Positions 50,034-54,676 of a stretch of DNA of 54,676 bases are shown here, one piece after another (position 1 is the stretch's first letter; each line of letters begins with the position of its first letter). Source of the stretch: Octopus bimaculoides (lineage: Eukaryota); NCBI RefSeq assembly GCF_001194135.2, contig NC_068983.1, positions 78,655,456 through 78,710,131 on the forward strand, in the 5' to 3' direction. The notes beneath the pieces are model-generated. The model had not been told where the DNA came from, made no database searches, and saw nothing but the letters and a program-made list of their open reading frames with translations. The position numbers and the translations under genes are program-made.

Positions 50034-50721
50034 GAGCAAATAATTCAGTAGGAAATATTTGCAAAGATACCATTAACTCTATTATTATCTAGGATAAAAT
50101 AATTAGATTGATAATAACAGAATTAATAATATAGGTGATTGCAGGCCCAAAACTACATTAAATAGCAGAAGAATTAAAATTTACATTAATCAAAGGACAT
50201 ACTGAGTATGTCTACCTGCTGGAAATAACAGTTAAAACTCTTATTTAAACCACCAAAAGATAAAAAAACACTGACAATAACTACAGAAATCAACCATTTA
50301 TGAGCATGTGGGTTAAGAAAATCATTCAACATAACAGTATATCAGCCAGTTATATATTTTCTAGCATTTGGATTCACGTGGACCAGTTTCTGGACTGGCA
50401 TTATAGCCTCACCTTCTTCAGCACATGCTACCACGATGAAAAAGTCCCCCTACCTGTCACATTGAAGTCTGCTCTGCAACTGATTTGTTTTGCACCAAAT
50501 CATAGCATTTTCAATGTGAAAAAATAATTCTAATACGGAGCAAATAAATCAGCAGAAAATATTTGCAAAGATACCATTAATTCTATTATTATCTGGGATA
50601 AAATAATTAAATTGATAATAACAGAATTAATAATATAGGTGATTGCAGGCCCAAAACTGCATTAAATAGTTGAAGGATTGAAATTTATATTAATCAAAGG
50701 ACATACTGAGTATGTCTACCT
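50034..50721. repeat. Pair of 184-bp direct repeats (50034-50217 and 50538-50721)
   Basis: About 90% identical by eye; both end with the palindrome GACATACT-G-AGTATGTC followed by TACCT. Confidence 0.9.
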
Positions 50722-50977
50722 CTGTCACTTACATCATCAGGTATTCAGAGAACTAGTGATTGATAACTTGTAACCAACAATACTGTTGCTCATTGAATAT
50801 AATGACAGATCTCTATTCATTCAGTGATGAGTAATCAGTAGTGTGATCAACTCAGTTATCTACTTGTTGAATACGTATATCACTGGCTGAGTATTCCACA
50901 GTCACATGTATATAAACATAATTTTCAGACAAGATTAACAAAGACAGTGTGTGTGACAAGGTTTGAACTTGTCAATT

Positions 50978-51270
50978 CATCATCATCATCATCATTTAAT
51001 ATCCATTTTCCACCCTGGCATGATTAGGATAGTTTGGAAGGAAGTACCAGTGTCACATAAAGAGTACCCAGCACACACTGTAAAGAGATTGGTTTGAAGA
51101 GGTGCATCCAACCTAGAAAACCAAGCCAAATCAGATCCAACCTAGAAAATCAAGCCAAACCTAGTCCAGCTCTCTTGCATGCCAGCTCTGGTCAAACATC
51201 CAACCCACGCTAGCATGGAAGACAAGCATTAAATAATAATACTGATGATGGTGATGGTGGTGATGATGAC
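50978..51270. mobile_element. Two RTE tails in opposite orientation
   Basis: Minus tail (CAT)n-TTTAATATCC at 50978-51030; plus tail ending CTAGCATGGAAGAC..GATGAT. Confidence 0.65.
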
Positions 51271-51334
51271 GACGACAGTGGTGGCAGTCGTGGCGGCGGC
51301 GGCGGCGGCAGCAGTAGTGGCGAATGCGGTGGTG

Positions 51335-51800
51335 AGTCAGAAGACTTCACCAAGCTCTGCTGTATGTTTTGGCGTGGTTTCTATGGCTAGATATCCTTCC
51401 TGACACGAACCAACTGCTTTAAAGTAGCAGTGAGGTCACTAAGTAACTTGCAGGATAAGACCCATCAATTGAGGGGAGTAGTATTGAGGAACAGAGAAGG
51501 TGCCTTGCATTAGAAGAAAGACATGGCTACCCCAGATGGAGAAAAGGTAGAGGAAAGATGATGAAGATGTAACAGGGAGTAGTAGGGGTAGTACATTGAA
51601 ATTACTGGTCCGTGTATATAGTGAAGCAGACCGGGAATTAGAGAGGGTGAAAAGGGGGGGTGAGTTCACAAGATTTCAAAAGGAGAGTGGGAGCTAGAGA
51701 TGGAAGGAAAGGGATTTAACCGGGGCATATTGTGTGCAGGTAGATAGGTGGATACATGAGGGAGAATAAAGAGGAGGGAGGAAACAGTGGTGGTGACGGT
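51335..51800 (-). mobile_element. RTE-tail repeat D2 with purine-rich plus strand
   Basis: TTTTGGCGTGGTTTCTATGGCTAGATATCCTTCC..GGTCACTAAGTAAC resembles 13440-13560. Confidence 0.6.
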
Positions 51801-51849
51801 ACAATTTAACTTACAAGCCTCAATAACCTTTCTAACTATCTAATTCTCT

Positions 51850-51983
51850 TACAAAGAATGGTCTAACTCAGGGCTATAGAAAATGGCACTTGTCTAAGAT
51901 GCCATGCAGTGGGATTGAACCTGGGACCACATGGTTTCAAAATGAACTTTCTAATCATTTGGCTATACTGTGCCTGCATCAAA
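51850..51983 (-). mobile_element. SINE family B head
   Basis: CTTGTCTAAGATGCCATGCAGTGGGATTGAACC. Confidence 0.7.
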
Positions 51984-52202
51984 TATCCTTTCTACTATAG
52001 GCACAAGGCTTGAAATTTGGGTGGGGAAGGGTTAAGTCGATTACATCAACCTCAGTATTCAACTGGTACTTAATTTATCGACCCTAAAAGGATAAAAGGC
52101 AAAGTCGACCTTGGTGGAACTTGAACACAGAATATAGCAACAGGAGAAATACCACTAAGCATTTCGCCCAGTGTACTAACGATTCAGCCAGCTCACCACC
52201 TT
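51984..52202 (-). mobile_element. tRNA-derived SINE, family C
   Basis: Minus-strand A-box TGGCTGAATCG and B-box GTTCAAGTTCC; flanked by TGCCTGCATCAAA / TGCCTGCACAAA. A partial second copy lies at 52640-52785. Confidence 0.85.
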
Positions 52203-53905
52203 GCCTGCACAAAATATGACATCATATAATATAAATAGATAGTAAAACTAAATATAATAAATAATTTCGCCATTTAAGCATAAAGTTGCCATGCTGTCTT
52301 TTACTGAAAACATTCACTTAATGGAAATACCAACAACTTATTAACTTCTAAACGACGAGGAAATAAAATAATCAGCAATTTATCTACTTTAATGGGATTC
52401 ATAAAATGAGATTATATCATTGCTTTGTATATTTATAAAAGTATGTGCATGTATGTATGTATGTATGTATGTATGTATGTAGGTAGGTAGATAGGTAGGT
52501 AGGTAGATTGGTAAGTAGGTATATATGTACGTGTCTTTATGTATGTGTATGTGTGTAGGTATCATGTATGTGTGCTGTCTTAGTCATCTATTATAATTCC
52601 ATTCACTTCTAGGATGTTTTATAGGAACATTAAATCACTTGCAGATCTTCACTCATACTTATTTTATCGACCCTTGAAGGAATAAAAGACAAAATTGACC
52701 TCGGCAAAATTTAAACGCAGAATATCATAAAGAGGAGTAACTAAACATACCACAGGCTGAAATGATCCTGTCAACCGACAGCCTTACGTATCTACGTATG
52801 TATGAAAATTTGTGTTAGAGTGTCTGTGTGTGTGTATTTAAGTAGGTGGGTAGGTAAATATGCATGCATTTGTGTTTATATGTGTATGTAATAACATGAA
52901 AAGGGACAACATTGAAAGCTGTACAACATCAAAGAGGCTATATTTATGATTGAATACATATTATGATTGGACCATTAACCTCATCGTGTGTTTCTCTCTT
53001 GAATGCTTTTTCATCAGTATTCCCTGATCAGCATCCAGTCACACATTTCTACGAAAATATATGCATTATCTCCAGGATAAGCTTGAACTCATAAGACTTT
53101 GTTTGTAATGTATAACACTGTTTCGCAGTGGACATGTGTTGAATACAAAATTTCTCTTATAATAATAATAATGCTGATGGTTGTAGTGGCAGTGGTGGTG
53201 AAGAAAATGACGACGACGATGAAGACAATGATGATGACGATGAAGGCAATGCTGATATGATGACGATGAAGATAATGACGATGAACATCATCATCATCAA
53301 CATCATCATCATCAACATCATCATGCATTTCAAAAATGCATGTAGATATGTTATGACATTAACACTGTTTAGGAATATTCAGCCTGGAACTTTAGTGCTA
53401 ATTACACATCCCCATCTCTTCCAAATCCAGTTTGTCAAAATCATCATTGTCATCATCGTCGTCATCATTGTCATTGCCATTGCCATCATCATCACATCCA
53501 TCTGGCACTGGCTCATTTATACACACAAGCACACACACACACACACGTGCACACACACACATATACATCCATTTGTTCCAGATCCTGCACCATCAGAGTG
53601 AAGTACCCCAGAGCTTTTATGTGTTTACTCAGCCTAGTAAAAATATTTCCTTCAAAGCCAAATCCCTCTTCAAGTCATGCACTACATCCCTTTTTTTTTT
53701 TCATTTTTTTTTGTTTCCTTTTACTAAAAAATTAAATAACATATCTAATAATGTAGTCTGAAAAAGAATTAGATGGCCATGACAAAACACATTTGATTAT
53801 TAGTCTGACATGGGGCCAAACAGTAACAACAACAACAACATAACATTATTTTTACCATGTGCTGCCCATGCTATCCCAGTTATAATTTCTGCTTACAGTC
53901 TAAAC

Positions 53906-53985
53906 CAGCATTTCTCAACCAGGGTTCCCTGGAACCCTAGGGTTCTGCAAAAGGTTCCAAGGGGTTCTGTGAGAAAGAATGAGGT
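53906..53985 (+). mobile_element. hAT (Charlie-like) left end
   Basis: GTCTAAAC|CAGCATTTCTCAACCAGGGTTCCCTGGAACCCTAGGG; right end not seen. Confidence 0.65.
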
Positions 53986-54067
53986 AAGCTAATGCTAATT
54001 TCATGATCGTAATATTATTATACATGCACAACATATAGGTTATTGTAATATTGTAATATAGTCATTG

Positions 54068-54215
54068 TTCTATCAGTTTGACTGGAGCTGATAAGCCAGA
54101 GGGTTGAACCAGGTTCCAGTCTGATTTGGCATGATTTCTATAGCTGGATGCCTTTCCTAGTGCCAACCACTCCAGGAGTATAATAAATGTCATTTACATG
54201 GTACCAGAAATGACC
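54068..54215 (-). mobile_element. RTE 3' tail fragment
   Basis: CCAGTCTGATTTGGCATGATTTCTATAGCTGGATGCC. Confidence 0.75.
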
Positions 54216-54316
54216 ATGACAATAAAAAGCATATCCTGGTTCAGGAATCGAAACTATAACTTTATGTTCATGAATTTGATATCCTAACTACTTAACAACA
54301 TGCTTTCATACATGCA

Positions 54317-54635
54317 TCTATATATATAAAAATGAGAATGTGTGTCTGTCTGTCTGTCTGTCTGAATCCCTAAAACTCGAGAACTACGCAACCAATCTCA
54401 TTCAAATTTTACAGATGCCTTACTTAGGGTTCCAGTTGTGTTTTAGTAAAAAGAAATTATTAACTTCTTGCAGAGTTCGAGCCCACGGCAACATAATGTC
54501 TCCTCCACTATTTAAGTATTACGTGTCAAAAGTGAAACAAAGACACTCATGTCAAATACTTTCACTTTAAAAATGAAACTATTCTACTAACTGAAACAAT
54601 CACATTTCGATACTGTAATGACAGATACTTTCAGA
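54317..54635 (+). mobile_element. 5' end of a non-autonomous Helitron-like element
   Basis: A|TCTATATATATAAAAATGAGAATG, then (TGTC)n, then ACGCAACCAATCTCATTCAAATTTTAC, the usual layout of short Helitron 5' ends. Confidence 0.65.
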
Positions 54636-54676
54636 GAGAGAGAGAAAGAGAGAAAGAGAGATGTATATGTATACAT

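Noticed and set aside
50034-50721. TRIM/LTR retroelement interpretation of the direct repeats
   Set aside because: No TG..CA termini, primer-binding site or 4-6-bp target-site duplication were seen.
51240-51335. GC-rich (GGC)n patch as a CpG island or coding sequence
   Set aside because: It is short and continuous with a (GAT)n retroelement tail; a drifting triplet repeat explains it.

Overview
AT-rich eukaryotic DNA saturated with microsatellites and transposon debris, with five N-gaps; four start directly after a (TA)n run. The SINE and LINE families resemble those I recall from octopus, so the taxon call is an inference. No host protein-coding gene, tRNA or rRNA gene, or CRISPR array can be supported, and most ORF-track entries are microsatellite or gap artefacts. 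The main elements are: (1) a decayed minus-strand Helitron (STPR-like repeats and PIF1 helicase present, HUH Rep core deleted, 5' TC end near 6940); (2) an R4/Dong-type LINE next to (AAT)11 plus a second fragment; (3) many RTE-clade LINE relics and 3' tails, one ending in three decayed C2H2 zinc fingers; (4) two Penelope-like GIY-YIG relics and fossil hammerhead-ribozyme-like motifs; (5) mariner, hAT and piggyBac-like MITEs; (6) three tRNA-derived SINE families. The best leads are the fossil hammerhead at 12565-12612, the zinc-finger-tailed RTE, a fold-back mariner built from two 5' ends, a CTAG-flanked copy of a TTAA-type MITE, a templated inverted insertion with a 13-bp duplication, and a covarying stem-loop in the RTE tail. 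All coordinates were read by eye, and element boundaries are approximate unless terminal repeats or target-site duplications are quoted.
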